Positions 1-10,803 of a DNA stretch of 64,000 bases are shown one piece after another. How positions within the stretch are numbered: position 1 is the stretch's first letter; every line of letters starts with the position of its first letter. The notes under the pieces are model-generated. The model ran no database searches. It saw only the letters and a list, made by a program, of their open reading frames with translations, and was not told where the DNA came from. Both the position numbers and the translations under genes were made by a program. Source of the DNA: Vulcanisaeta sp. AZ3 (lineage in GTDB: Archaea > Thermoproteota > Thermoprotei > Thermoproteales > Thermocladiaceae); NCBI GenBank assembly GCA_000960865.2, contig JZWU02000004.1, forward strand, positions 10,200 to 74,199, in the 5' to 3' direction.

Positions 1-2
1 GA

Positions 3-101
3 GCTGACTTAATCTATAAATACGAAAAAGGCGAGGTTAATGAATTGAAACAAAGCGGTTACGCTGAGGTTTTGAATCAATTAGATGAACTTGCAGGATA
101 A
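3..101 (+). CDS. 3' end of a CDS running in from the left edge (…ADLIYKYEKGEVNELKQSGYAEVLNQLDELAG*), product unknown
   Basis: Open frame from position 3 to TAA at 99-101, directly abutting the stop of the convergent etfB. Confidence 0.55.
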   Translation, partial: ADLIYKYEKGEVNELKQSGYAEVLNQLDELAG

Positions 102-893
102 TCACTTAAGCCCCAATTTCTTAATAAGCTCCCTAGCAATCTCCTCAGGATTACCTTCAATAAATTGACGTAGACGTTCACGTGTTCTCAGTTCCTTAAG
201 CTCCGTCACAGAGGTTAATGAGCCCTTAAAGCCTACCTCATCCTCAGTTAATCCTAGATCCTTTATGCCCCATATCGTTAATTTAAGTTCGTTTTGGGCC
301 CATTGTAATCTCTCAAAGTCAGGGAATCTAGGTGTATTAACTCCCAACTCCACTGAAAGTACTGTGGGCATCTTAACCTTTAAAGTCTCATAACCTCCCT
401 TAATAGTCCTTCTAACAATCACTGAATCTTCTATAATCTCCACAACTTGCGAGACGTAAGTGATCACAGGAATACCAAGCCACTCGGCAATACCCGGCGG
501 TACCTGTCCTGTCGAGCCGTCCTCACTCTCCTCACCAGTCACAATTAATGAGTAATCACCAATCTTCTTAATAGCAGCCGCAAGTACTTTAGAGGTTACG
601 AATGCGTCGGAGCCGCCTAAGGCTCTATCACTAATTAGTACTGCGTCATCAGCACCCATAGCAATACCCATCTTAATGAATTGATCCCAGAATGGTGGGC
701 CCATGGATAGTATTATTACCTTACCACCATATCTCTCCTTTAATTGTAATGCTAGCTCGAGAGCATTCTTATCTGCTGGGTTAATCTCGTTCGTAGCCTT
801 AGATCTATCTATTGTCTTAGTGACTGGGTCAAATCTTATCTCCTCAGGTTTTGGTGTTATCTTCATTGTGACTATTATGTTCTTGAGTGGCAT
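102..893 (-). CDS. etfB: Electron transfer flavoprotein beta subunit (FixA family)
   Basis: INPADKNALE, LSMGP, MGADDAVLISD, GEESEDGSTGQVP motifs typical of ETF-beta. Confidence 0.95.
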   Translation of the reverse strand: MPLKNIIVTMKITPKPEEIRFDPVTKTIDRSKATNEINPADKNALELALQLKERYGGKVIILSMGPPFWDQFIKMGIAMGADDAVLISDRALGGSDAFVTSKVLAAAIKKIGDYSLIVTGEESEDGSTGQVPPGIAEWLGIPVITYVSQVVEIIEDSVIVRRTIKGGYETLKVKMPTVLSVELGVNTPRFPDFERLQWAQNELKLTIWGIKDLGLTEDEVGFKGSLTSVTELKELRTRERLRQFIEGNPEEIARELIKKLGLK

Positions 894-899
894 GTTCTA

Positions 900-1883
900 T
901 CACCCCTTTAACTCTTTTATTAATGCCTTTAACACGTCAAATAGATCTGCAACAATACAATAATCACAATTCTCAAATATTGGTGCTTCCCTATCAGTAT
1001 TCACAGCAACCACTGTGCCGCAGTCCCTAATGCCATAGACAAAGTGCGGGGCGCCACTAGCGCCAAAGACAAAAACAGTCTTAGCCCTAAGTGTGACACC
1101 CGTCGTACCTATCTGGTAATCCCTAGGCATTATACCCATGTCAGCCAGCGGTCTCGTGACACCAAGAGCAGCACCTATTAAATTGGCAAATTCCTTAATG
1201 AGTTCTAGGTCGCCGCCTGTACCAAGACCTGCAACCACGACCTTCTCTGCTTTAGATAAGTCAGGTATTGGTGAAACCTTCTTCTCGACGAGCTCAATTT
1301 TGCGTTTTCTTAATAAATCCTCAGGCACGGGTTCCCTAATGACCATAGCTTCCTTACTACTTGGTCTTGCTTCGTAAGTGCCTGGGCTCACGGTAGCCAT
1401 CTCGGGCTTGCCGCTTATACAGGCAACTGTGGCTACAATATTGCCACCAAAGCCAGGCACTGCAGTGATTAACCTTTTATCTTTCTCATCAATATCAACC
1501 ATAATAGTATGAGCACTTAGGCAAGTCCTGAACCTAACGGCCAACCTACCAGCTAAGTCCCTGGAGTTCCTAGTGGCTGGTAAGAGTAAATACCTTGGCT
1601 TATACTTGTTTATTACGTAAGAGAGCGTCTCAGTATAGGTGTCACTATTATAATGCCTAAGGTCTGGATGATCAAGAACTATGAGTCTATCAGCACCATA
1701 CTTAGATACCTCTTTAACTAACCCATCAGTCTCATAACCTAGTAATATTCCGAGAACCTCCTCCCCAAACTTACCACCTAGCTCACTGGCCCTAGTCAGT
1801 ATTTCTAAGGCTGTTCTCTCTAACTCGCCATCATCCTGTTCTATGAATACAGAGACACCTCTCCACTCGCTCATGCTAATCAC
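900..1883 (-). CDS. etfA: Electron transfer flavoprotein alpha subunit (FixB family)
   Basis: RDLAGRLA, QIGTTG, GASGAPHFVYG, AVNTDREAPIF FAD-binding motifs; adjacent to etfB. Confidence 0.95.
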   Translation of the reverse strand: MISMSEWRGVSVFIEQDDGELERTALEILTRASELGGKFGEEVLGILLGYETDGLVKEVSKYGADRLIVLDHPDLRHYNSDTYTETLSYVINKYKPRYLLLPATRNSRDLAGRLAVRFRTCLSAHTIMVDIDEKDKRLITAVPGFGGNIVATVACISGKPEMATVSPGTYEARPSSKEAMVIREPVPEDLLRKRKIELVEKKVSPIPDLSKAEKVVVAGLGTGGDLELIKEFANLIGAALGVTRPLADMGIMPRDYQIGTTGVTLRAKTVFVFGASGAPHFVYGIRDCGTVVAVNTDREAPIFENCDYCIVADLFDVLKALIKELKG

Positions 1884-3000
1884 CCATCACGCTATCTAAG
1901 AATTCTACCAAGTCCATAACCTTTAGGTTTGTCTTCATAACCTTATTGGCATCTTCAAGCATTCTAAAGCAATATGTGCATGCCGTTAATACCACCGAGG
2001 CACCCGTATCAACAGCCTCCTTTAATCTACGCTTTGATAATTCCATGGAAACCCTTGTTTCGAGAGCAATACCGCCACCACCAGCACCACAACATAGAGA
2101 TTTCTCCTTAGAATGCTCCATTTCCACAAGCCTAACACCGGGTATTGCCATTATTACTCTCCTGGGTTCCTCAATAACTCTCTGGTGCTTAGATAGGTAG
2201 CATGGGTCATGATAAGTCACAGTTGTATCTATCCTCTTATCAACCTTTAACTTGCCTGCTCGTATTAATTCATCTAAAAGTTCAGTGTAATGAACAACTT
2301 TAACGCCCTTAAGGTATTTCCTAAGTGAGTACTCGCAGTGCGGTGATAGAGTTACTATTATTGGAGCCTTAACATTACTCATTATTGAATCTCTAAGCTT
2401 GGTCGTATACTCGTCATAGAACGCTTTATTACCCGTATGCTGAATAATGTCGCCACAGCAGGATAGGCCCATGTACATACCGACCTTAAGTCCAGCCCTA
2501 GTTAGTACTCTAATTAGGGCCTTAATATGTTTCTGAAGCCTTGGGTCACCAATAGATAAGCAACATGGATATATTACAACGTCAGGATTCTCATTATTTA
2601 TTAAATTACTAAATTGGGTAGTAAACCTTCTCTTATCAGTTACTGTGTAGCCCCATGGATTTTGATTTTCATATATCTTCCACAGAACCTCATTTATCTT
2701 TGTTGGAAATACTTTAGATTTCATGGCCATGGTTCTAATGACCTCAACGAGATTAACAATCTCCACATTATTGGGACATAGGGCTTGGCATGTACCACAA
2801 GTTACGCAGTCCCATATAATCTTAAAGTCTCTATTTTCAATGGCGCCAAGCTGTGCCTTCTTTACGAGATACCTAATGTTATAGTTCTCATCAGTTATAG
2901 GGCAGTATGTACTGCACGTACCACATTGGTAGCATAGGCTTAAGGTTGGTACAACTTTAAGGAGTTCCTCCCTAAGGCCGAAATTAACAGCTACTGGCAT
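1876..3000 (-). CDS. Fe-S oxidoreductase with two 4Fe-4S motifs and CCG domains (HdrC/HdrD/GlpC family)
   Basis: CYQCGTCSTYCP, CVTCGTCQALCP, SCCG, YHDPC, CCGAGGG, TACTYC. Confidence 0.9.
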   Translation of the reverse strand: MPVAVNFGLREELLKVVPTLSLCYQCGTCSTYCPITDENYNIRYLVKKAQLGAIENRDFKIIWDCVTCGTCQALCPNNVEIVNLVEVIRTMAMKSKVFPTKINEVLWKIYENQNPWGYTVTDKRRFTTQFSNLINNENPDVVIYPCCLSIGDPRLQKHIKALIRVLTRAGLKVGMYMGLSCCGDIIQHTGNKAFYDEYTTKLRDSIMSNVKAPIIVTLSPHCEYSLRKYLKGVKVVHYTELLDELIRAGKLKVDKRIDTTVTYHDPCYLSKHQRVIEEPRRVIMAIPGVRLVEMEHSKEKSLCCGAGGGGIALETRVSMELSKRRLKEAVDTGASVVLTACTYCFRMLEDANKVMKTNLKVMDLVEFLDSVMGD

Positions 3001-3004
3001 ACTC

Positions 3005-6000
3005 TCACCTCAATCGCTTTATTTTTTGTTTTGTTTGCTCTATTTCTTCTTTTGATATTGTTTTTACTACTCTCTCCGCCTCTCTCATAGCCTCCACTAG
3101 GTCCGTGACGTCCGGTGCTCCGAAGAGTCTTAATTGGAATCTATCTTCCCTAACACCAATATTCATTAACCTCTTCTTCCAATTCTCAAATCTCCTAACA
3201 GTATTATAATTCGCTGTTATGTAATGGCAGTCACCAAGCCTACAACCAGTTACAAAGACGCCAGCAGCACCTAATTCAAAGGCATGCTTAACATGCTTCC
3301 AACTCAACCTGGAACTACATTGAAGCCTAATAATCCTAGCGTGCGGTGGGTATTGCAGCTTGAAGATGCCAGCATTATCAGCAGCCCAGTAAGAGCAATA
3401 AGCGCATGTAAACATGATAACCTTCTCCTCAGGTTTCTCAGCAAGTGTGGCATCAATTTGTGCCATAATAGCATCATCACTAAGGGCATCGAGAGTGATA
3501 GCATCTTGAGGGCACTCAGCAACACAAGAACCACAACCTTGACAAGCGGCTGGTACGTGCTCAATCCATTTACCGGGTACCCCTCTGATGGCACCATATG
3601 GGCATGCCTTTATACAGAGACCACATTTAGTGCACTTAGCCCAGTCGAATTTTGGTATGAATGGTTCTTTAGTGACGTATCCCTGGGCGAGCATCATGAA
3701 GGCCCTGGCCGCGGCTGCGTAGCCCTCGGCAATTGCCTCATTAACATTCTTAGGACCCCTTGCGGTTCCCGCTATGTAGATGCCAAGTGTCATTGTGTCA
3801 ACAGGCCCAAGCTTCGGATGCGCTTCCATTAGGAAGCCCTCGGGATCCTTAGATAGCCTCAGTATTTTAGAGGCTTCATCAGTGTCTTCACTAGGTGTAA
3901 GGCCTATGTTTAGTACGATATTATCAAAGGGCACCTCAACATCATCATTAAGTTCAACATCGTGAACCACCAACTTATTAGTATCCATCTTAATAGCCTC
4001 CATTAACTCCGCCTTCCTGGGTATCCTGATAAATAACACTCCAGTATCCCTAGCCTTCTTATAAAGATCCTCAACCTCTGGAGTTACACCCATTATATCC
4101 CTATAGATAAGGACCACATTCTTACCCTGCTCCCTCAACTCTAAGGCCTTGCTAAGGCCAACTGCGCAACAGTACCTCGAACAACCCCTACCATTAGTCC
4201 TTGAACCTACACAGTTTATTATCGCTATATTCTTGCCCTCAACGGTCTTACCATTCTCTAAGTCCAGTGTCGTTAGAATTCTTGGGTCATTACCATAGTT
4301 AAACTCTGTGGGTGTGTAGGGCTTAGCACCCGTGGCCACTATTATTGCGCCAACGTCAAGTTCAGTACCGTTACTAAGCACTACGTGGAAATTACCCGTA
4401 AACCCACTCACATCCTTAACCGTAGTACCAAACATAAACTTAACACCAACTTCCCTAGCCTCCTCAGCCATCTTATCGAGTAATTTCCTTGCCTCAATAC
4501 CCTCAGGCTCAAGTTTATTCAAACGTCTGAGCATACCACCACACTCATTCGACTTCTCAACAAGTACTGTTTCAATACCAGCACTAGCAAGGCCTGTGGC
4601 CGCCGCAAGGCCTGAGGGTCCGCAACCAATTACTAACGCTTTCTTAATTACGGATAATTTTATTGTGCTTAATGGAACCATGTGATGTGTCTTAGCCACA
4701 GCCATCCTAATCATATCCTTAGCCTTCTCGGTAGCAGCCTCCCTATTTGAATGAACCCACGTGTCTAGGTTTCTAATGTTAGTCATTTCAACAAGGTATG
4801 GGTTAAGCCCAGCTCTCTTTGCAGAATCTTGGAAGAACCTTAAGTGTGTAACTGGAGAGCAGGACGCAACCACAACCCTATTTAATTTCTTCTCCTTAAT
4901 AACCTCAGTTATCCTATCGAGCGATGACTTGGCGCAGGCAAATTGTAAGTCCTCTGCATGAACAACACCCGGCATCTGCTTAGCAGCCTCAACTAAGGCA
5001 GGCACATCAGCTACACCAGCTATGTTTGTACCACAGTGACAAACAAAAACACCAACCCTTACTGGGTATGGTTCTATCGTTTCCTCATACTTCTCCTCCT
5101 CAATAACCCCGGGACTTGCATATCTAATTGCCTGTATTGCTGCTGCTAACCCTGTGACCACAGACTCAGATATATCCCTAGGGCCACTTGCAGAACCTGC
5201 AACGAAAATACCGGACCTTGTTGTTATTGTTGGATTTTCAGGGCTTGTCCTCACAAAGCCCGCCTCATTGAGGGATATACCCAATATCTTACTGAGCTTA
5301 CCCATGTCACTTACAGGCTTTACTGATGGAGCTAACACCACCATATCATACTCATTCGTAACAATCCTCTTGTTCCTAGTATCCTCGAACCTAACGATTA
5401 TCCTACCATTTCTCTCACCAACAATCTCAGGCCTACCCCAGACGATATTTATACCCTCCTTAATGGCTCTATCATAAAAACTTTCAAAGCCCTTACCATA
5501 CGTCCTAATATCATTCATATACATTATCGTGACATTCTTAATACCATGCAAAACCTTAGCGTAAATACCTTGCTTAAGCAGGTATGTACAGCAAAAACCT
5601 GAGCAATAATCATTTTTCTTAGCATTTCTAGAACCAACACAGGATATTAATAATATATTCTCAGGTTCCTCACCAGTACTTGGTTTAACAACAATGCCAC
5701 TTGAGGGCCCAGAAGCATTAACTAATCTCTCAAACTCAAGAGATGTCACGACATCCATGTACCTATCATAACCATACTCACTAAGCACATCACCTCCTTC
5801 AAGTTCAAAACCAGTTGACACTATCACTGCAGCTACATCACGCTCGATATATTTCGGCATCATTGTGTATATAATGGCATTCCTATCGCAGGCCTTAAGG
5901 CATCTGTCGCAGGGGAAATAATTAGGTGGCTTATTTAAGCAGTGATCAATGTCGAGTATATATATACCAGGCTCGGCTTGAGGAAATGGCAAGTATATAG

Positions 6001-6400
6001 CCTTCCTAGCACCAATACCAGCCTCAAACTCGCTGGGTACCACGACAGGACACACATCCTCACATTGACCGCACTTCGTACAATCATCAGTCACGTACCT
6101 AGGCTTCACAAGTATCTTAGCTTTAAAATCACCCGGCGAACCTGTTAAATTCACAAGTTCAGCTGGTGCCAGGAGCTCGATGTTTGGATGTCTGGCAACA
6201 TCACTTATTAATGGGCCTTCAATACATATACTGCAGTCAAGGGTTGGGAACGTCTTATCTAACTGTGCCATCTTGCCACCAATGGCTGGTGACTTCTCCA
6301 CAAGCGTAACTCTATAACCCATGTTTGCTAGGGCTAATGCAGCTTCAATACCAGCAATACCACCACCAAGTATTAGGATCCTATTCGTGGGCACGACCAA
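3005..6400 (-). CDS. hdrA: Large heterodisulfide-reductase-A-like flavoprotein: two FAD modules, two ferredoxin inserts, C-terminal MvhD [2Fe-2S] domain
   Basis: GGGIAG…DKTFPTLDCSIC (first FAD module), GVFVCHCGTNIAG, second GxGxxG (GCGPSG), two CS(G/R)xCC motifs, C-terminal FTCAYCSY…GCRLGDCHY (MvhD). Confidence 0.9.
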   Translation of the reverse strand: MVVPTNRILILGGGIAGIEAALALANMGYRVTLVEKSPAIGGKMAQLDKTFPTLDCSICIEGPLISDVARHPNIELLAPAELVNLTGSPGDFKAKILVKPRYVTDDCTKCGQCEDVCPVVVPSEFEAGIGARKAIYLPFPQAEPGIYILDIDHCLNKPPNYFPCDRCLKACDRNAIIYTMMPKYIERDVAAVIVSTGFELEGGDVLSEYGYDRYMDVVTSLEFERLVNASGPSSGIVVKPSTGEEPENILLISCVGSRNAKKNDYCSGFCCTYLLKQGIYAKVLHGIKNVTIMYMNDIRTYGKGFESFYDRAIKEGINIVWGRPEIVGERNGRIIVRFEDTRNKRIVTNEYDMVVLAPSVKPVSDMGKLSKILGISLNEAGFVRTSPENPTITTRSGIFVAGSASGPRDISESVVTGLAAAIQAIRYASPGVIEEEKYEETIEPYPVRVGVFVCHCGTNIAGVADVPALVEAAKQMPGVVHAEDLQFACAKSSLDRITEVIKEKKLNRVVVASCSPVTHLRFFQDSAKRAGLNPYLVEMTNIRNLDTWVHSNREAATEKAKDMIRMAVAKTHHMVPLSTIKLSVIKKALVIGCGPSGLAAATGLASAGIETVLVEKSNECGGMLRRLNKLEPEGIEARKLLDKMAEEAREVGVKFMFGTTVKDVSGFTGNFHVVLSNGTELDVGAIIVATGAKPYTPTEFNYGNDPRILTTLDLENGKTVEGKNIAIINCVGSRTNGRGCSRYCCAVGLSKALELREQGKNVVLIYRDIMGVTPEVEDLYKKARDTGVLFIRIPRKAELMEAIKMDTNKLVVHDVELNDDVEVPFDNIVLNIGLTPSEDTDEASKILRLSKDPEGFLMEAHPKLGPVDTMTLGIYIAGTARGPKNVNEAIAEGYAAAARAFMMLAQGYVTKEPFIPKFDWAKCTKCGLCIKACPYGAIRGVPGKWIEHVPAACQGCGSCVAECPQDAITLDALSDDAIMAQIDATLAEKPEEKVIMFTCAYCSYWAADNAGIFKLQYPPHARIIRLQCSSRLSWKHVKHAFELGAAGVFVTGCRLGDCHYITANYNTVRRFENWKKRLMNIGVREDRFQLRLFGAPDVTDLVEAMREAERVVKTISKEEIEQTKQKIKRLR

Positions 6401-6986
6401 TCACCTCCCTTAAATACTTTCTCCCGTAGTCAAGCCCTGCTTGAAATGCCTTGATGTTCATCTCTTGGACTGCTGTATCAAGTTTACCTGCTCTCCTTGT
6501 TACATTCTTTATGGCGTTTATTACGGAATCCTCTTTCATCAATGGTTCAAGTGCTGCAGTTATGACCCCCACTAGAACAACATTCATTGTTAGTCTCCTA
6601 CCTGTAACGCTCTCAGCTATTTCCGTGGCGGGTACAGGTATTACTACATAGTCATTAGGATTTGGAATTATTGGTTTATAGATTGTGTTTTCATATATAA
6701 ATACGCCATTCTTATGAAGGCTATTAAACTCTAGATCAAAGGCTTGCTGAGTGGTGGCTACAAACACATCAGCTTCATCGATTAATGGGTAATCAACCAT
6801 CTCCTTACTTATGATCACATCAGCCCTAGACCAACCACCCCTTTGTTCAGGACTATAAGTTATTGTTAATATTGAGTCAAGCCCACCCATCGCCGCGGCC
6901 ATACCCACAAGTCTACCTGCAAAGACTATACCATGACCACCGAGGCCCATGAGCCTAATGCGTACTTGATCGAGGGATCGCTGCAT
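6381..6986 (-). CDS. 2-oxoacid:ferredoxin oxidoreductase gamma subunit
   Basis: GLGGHG, YSPEQRGG motifs; clustered with the alpha, beta and delta subunits. Confidence 0.92.
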   Translation of the reverse strand: MQRSLDQVRIRLMGLGGHGIVFAGRLVGMAAAMGGLDSILTITYSPEQRGGWSRADVIISKEMVDYPLIDEADVFVATTQQAFDLEFNSLHKNGVFIYENTIYKPIIPNPNDYVVIPVPATEIAESVTGRRLTMNVVLVGVITAALEPLMKEDSVINAIKNVTRRAGKLDTAVQEMNIKAFQAGLDYGRKYLREVIGRAHE

Positions 6987-7095
6987 GTTGTTCCATAAAT
7001 AAATATCTAAGGGATTTTATAAATTTTGTTCTTTTTGACATAAGTTGTTTTAATATATGCATAGATATGCGAAAAAAGTTCAGATTATATGATCA

Positions 7096-7932
7096 TTATC
7101 CATACGATACAGGTCTCTCCCTCTTAACAAAATTTCCTAAGATTATCTTCTTCATACTAAAATCTATATCCAAATCTGAAAGGCTCGCAGTATGATCGAC
7201 CACGGATTTCTCTCTGATGATCTTCATTAAATCGACAGCATCACCCATAGCATTCCTATCAGTATATATTATACATGGAGACAAAACCTCAACTACGGCA
7301 AAGCCCTTAACCTTAAACATGTCGAGGAGTGCTTGATACAACTCATTTTGATGTAAAACGCTCCATCTAGTCACATATGATGCTCCAGCTGCATAGGCCA
7401 GGAGCGGTATGTTGAATGGATTCTCGAAGTGCCCATAGGGTGATGTTGTTGTCTTTGCACCCTTGGGTGTTGTTGGACTATACTGGCCTCCTGTCATTCC
7501 ATAGATGAAGTTGTTAACTATTATTACGTTAATATCATCATTCCTCCTGGCTGCATGTATGAAGTGATTACCGCCGATGGCCAGTATATCGCCATCACCG
7601 CCCACAACAGTAACCTCGAGCTCAGGGTTAGCCATTTTAAGGCCTACGGCAAATGGTATAGCTCTGCCGTGAGTTACGTGGTATGCATCGAGCTTTAAGT
7701 AACCACCGAGCCTACCTGTGCATCCAATACCAGTAACTATTACGTGCTTCTCAATTGGTATCCCGGAATTTTTAATTGCCCTGGCCAATAGCTTAAGCAG
7801 TATTCCTAAGCCGCAACCTGGGCACCAAATGTGAGGTAATCTATCGATTCTTATTAAATCCTTAATATCTTCGTATGATTTAGGGAGTTCGACTTTTATT
7901 CCTGTGGTTGTTGTCTCAGCCTCCATGCTCAT
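7096..7932 (-). CDS. 2-oxoacid:ferredoxin oxidoreductase beta subunit (TPP-binding)
   Basis: WCPGCG, GIGC, HGRA, GGDGD…NN..YGMTGGQ. Confidence 0.95.
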   Translation of the reverse strand: MSMEAETTTTGIKVELPKSYEDIKDLIRIDRLPHIWCPGCGLGILLKLLARAIKNSGIPIEKHVIVTGIGCTGRLGGYLKLDAYHVTHGRAIPFAVGLKMANPELEVTVVGGDGDILAIGGNHFIHAARRNDDINVIIVNNFIYGMTGGQYSPTTPKGAKTTTSPYGHFENPFNIPLLAYAAGASYVTRWSVLHQNELYQALLDMFKVKGFAVVEVLSPCIIYTDRNAMGDAVDLMKIIREKSVVDHTASLSDLDIDFSMKKIILGNFVKRERPVSYG

Positions 7933-9110
7933 CTCTCGATCACCTTCCTCACATTACTTACTACATAATCTGGGTCCGGTATGTAACCTGGAGCGTATGG
8001 TATGTGCTCCACCGGGACTCCCTTTGAGAATTCCCTAACTACATGATACATCTTACCCATGTTTACCTCCACGGTTATGAACTTCTGAATACCTCTTGAG
8101 GCAAGATTCTCAACAACCCATCCTGGAAATGGCCATGCAGTCTTCGGCCTAAGCATACCAACCCTGTAGCCCTGAGTCCTCAATATCTTTATTGCCCTTC
8201 TGGCAGAACCTGATGTTGAGCCATAGGATGTTATTACGTACTCTGCATCATCGAGCATGTACTCCTCCCACTCAGCTATCTCCTTTTCGTTTTCTCTAAT
8301 TTTTCTAACAAGTCTCGTGACAAGTTTGAATGAGGCGTCTCTATCGGTTGTTGGGTATCCCTTATCTGTATGTGTTAATGATTCGTTGTTAGCCCTATAA
8401 CCAGTACCTGCTATGGCCATTGGTGGAACTAGGTATCTACTATCATAGGGTAAGTATTGATCTGGCGGTACTGTTGGTTTTGGCCTCTCAAATATTTCAA
8501 TTTCATCGAACTCAGGCACCCTAACTTTACCGTACATATGTCCAACTAATTGATCAGACAGAACTATAGCAATGACCCTATATTTCTCAGCCATATTAAA
8601 CGCCTTTATAGTGAAGTCAAAGGCTTCCTGGGGGTTAGCAGGTAAGTAAGCAATTATTTCATAATCTCCATGCGAACCGTACTTAGCTTGTAGTATATCG
8701 CCTTGTCCAAGGAGTGTTGGTATTCCTGTTGATGGACCTGCTCTCATTACATCAACTATCACGGCGGGTATTTCCAACATAGAACCTAGCCCAATCTCTT
8801 CCTGCATTAGGGAGAAACCTGGACCGCTTGTTGCGCTCATGGACTTAACACCGGCTGCTGATGCGCCGAGTAATGCCATTATACTTCCTATCTCATCCTC
8901 CATCTGTATGAACTTACCACCAACCTGGGGCAGCCTATATGACATGTATTCAGCAATCTCGTTAGAAGGAGTGATTGGATAACCAGCATAGAACCTACAA
9001 CCAGCCGTTACCGCACCCTCAGCAATTGCGGTATTACCATCCAGGAAGTGAATGCCAGGCTTCAACAGCTTATCTAGGTCCTTCTTATATAATTCAGCTA
9101 CTGTGAGCAT
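7929..9110 (-). CDS. 2-oxoacid:ferredoxin oxidoreductase alpha subunit
   Basis: YAGYPITPS, QMEDE, ATSGPGFSLM, RAGPSTG. Confidence 0.95.
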   Translation of the reverse strand: MLTVAELYKKDLDKLLKPGIHFLDGNTAIAEGAVTAGCRFYAGYPITPSNEIAEYMSYRLPQVGGKFIQMEDEIGSIMALLGASAAGVKSMSATSGPGFSLMQEEIGLGSMLEIPAVIVDVMRAGPSTGIPTLLGQGDILQAKYGSHGDYEIIAYLPANPQEAFDFTIKAFNMAEKYRVIAIVLSDQLVGHMYGKVRVPEFDEIEIFERPKPTVPPDQYLPYDSRYLVPPMAIAGTGYRANNESLTHTDKGYPTTDRDASFKLVTRLVRKIRENEKEIAEWEEYMLDDAEYVITSYGSTSGSARRAIKILRTQGYRVGMLRPKTAWPFPGWVVENLASRGIQKFITVEVNMGKMYHVVREFSKGVPVEHIPYAPGYIPDPDYVVSNVRKVIER

Positions 9111-9432
9111 GCTTGTTCACCCCATAATACTTATCATACGTTATATACTCCTCTGAAATCACGGTTATTGCAAAATCTGGACACACCTTCTCACACATCT
9201 TACAGGCCACGCACTCAAGTTCCTTACCAGGTTTAACCACAGGATAATGGTAACCCTTGAAATTCACGTCCTTAGATTCCTCGAGGACATCGTTTGGGCA
9301 GAATTCGATGCAGAATTTACAATCCTTACAAAGATCTATGTTGACTTGAATCTTACCAATGGGTCGTTTCATCTTATGAAGGTTAACGAGTCTACGCATG
9401 AACCAAGACCCGTCCTGCTGAGCCAGAACCAT
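9094..9432 (-). CDS. 2-oxoacid:ferredoxin oxidoreductase delta subunit (2x[4Fe-4S] ferredoxin)
   Basis: CKDCKFCIEFCP and CVACKMCEKVCPD; first gene of the operon. Confidence 0.9.
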   Translation of the reverse strand: MVLAQQDGSWFMRRLVNLHKMKRPIGKIQVNIDLCKDCKFCIEFCPNDVLEESKDVNFKGYHYPVVKPGKELECVACKMCEKVCPDFAITVISEEYITYDKYYGVNKHAHSS

Positions 9433-9636
9433 ACCTGATTACTATTGTTTTCAGTAAAAATATTTTTAAATCTTCTTCTTCAACAGTATAATTCTTATTG
9501 GTCTTACCATATACTTAAATAATTTAATATTAATGCATTTAAAAATATTCATTGAAATATTTATCATAAGCATTAGTATAACGATATGACAAGAAACCCT
9601 AGGATTTAAAATGTCTCAATTCATAGAGAATACTCA

Positions 9637-10518
9637 GTGAGCCTTCCTGAGGATGAGGATAGAGCAATTAGAAAGAGGATTGAAAGTAGAAGGTTTAGGA
9701 TTAAGGATATCGATCAACTAAAGACTGTTGATGACGTATTCAATCAATACACAATAAATGCATTGAGAGAGCTCATGAACAGAGGCATTGTTGATGAAGT
9801 TTATGGCCCTGTTGCTCAGGGTAAAGAGGCGAAGGTTGTATGGGCAAAATCACATGACAATAAGGATATTGCCCTAAAGATATTCTACACAACCACAGCC
9901 CAATTCATTAGGGGTAGATATAGGTATCTCCTTGGCGATCCTAGGTTCACCAGTGTAAATATATCGAATACGAGGAAGTTAATTGAGTATTGGTGTAAGA
10001 AGGAGTATGGTAATTTAAGCAGTGCTTACAATGCAGGCGTTAGGGTACCAAGGCCGATAGCCTTTAATAAAAATATATTGGTTATGGAATTCATAAACTA
10101 CGAGGGATATAACGGCGTACCTGCACCATTAATTAAGGATTTACCACCAAGTAATCCCAATGAGGCATACTTAGTAATTATCAAGTTCATCGAAAGAGCA
10201 TTATTACTTGGTGATATAATCCATGCAGACCTCAGTGAATTCAATATATTAAACACTGGAAGAGAATTGGTTATTATAGATTGGGGTAGTGCCGTGAGGG
10301 TAAGCCATCCCAATGCGTTTGAATTTCTACTTAGGGATCTAGAAAACGTGAATAGATACTTTGGTAGAGAGCTTGGTGTTGATGTGTTCAACAGTGGGAC
10401 GTTATTGAAGGTATTATTACGTAGATATGAGTACAAGAGTGAGGCTAATGAGGATAAGGATGGCTGGTTATTAATAGAGGGGAATAGCATAATTGAGGAG
10501 ATTAATAATGGGCCTTAA
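9637..10518 (+). CDS. rio1: RIO1-family atypical Ser/Thr kinase
   Basis: GKEAKV, ALKIF, IIHADLSEFNIL, IIDWG. Confidence 0.9.
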   Translation: MSLPEDEDRAIRKRIESRRFRIKDIDQLKTVDDVFNQYTINALRELMNRGIVDEVYGPVAQGKEAKVVWAKSHDNKDIALKIFYTTTAQFIRGRYRYLLGDPRFTSVNISNTRKLIEYWCKKEYGNLSSAYNAGVRVPRPIAFNKNILVMEFINYEGYNGVPAPLIKDLPPSNPNEAYLVIIKFIERALLLGDIIHADLSEFNILNTGRELVIIDWGSAVRVSHPNAFEFLLRDLENVNRYFGRELGVDVFNSGTLLKVLLRRYEYKSEANEDKDGWLLIEGNSIIEEINNGP

Positions 10519-10803
10519 GATCTCATTTTCTTCTTTCAGGTTTGATAAGGCTTATTCCTGCAAGACTTTAGTCCGATATCGGGAGTAACAGACTCATTAA
10601 TTTAGCACTAAACCCTAGGGATTTGATTCTAAGTATATATCATGGGAATATTGAATTAATTGTTGGAATTAGGAATAGAACATGCTAATTAAGATTAAAA
10701 CTATGAACTTTGGAATAAGTTCGTAAACTAGAAACTTCGTAAAGAGAATAAAAGTCAATATATTAGTTAAATTAATATATTCGTAGTTAATTAATGATTA
10801 TAG

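Noticed and set aside
703-6148. Antisense and alternative-frame ORFs over the redox cluster, and similar ones elsewhere in the window
   Set aside because: Shadow ORFs of well-supported genes; Ser/Leu/Pro-rich with no motifs.
10716-10790. Repeated TTCGTA(A) words upstream of the hypothetical gene at 10804
   Set aside because: Short, irregularly spaced and in AT-rich DNA; not enough for an operator or CRISPR call.
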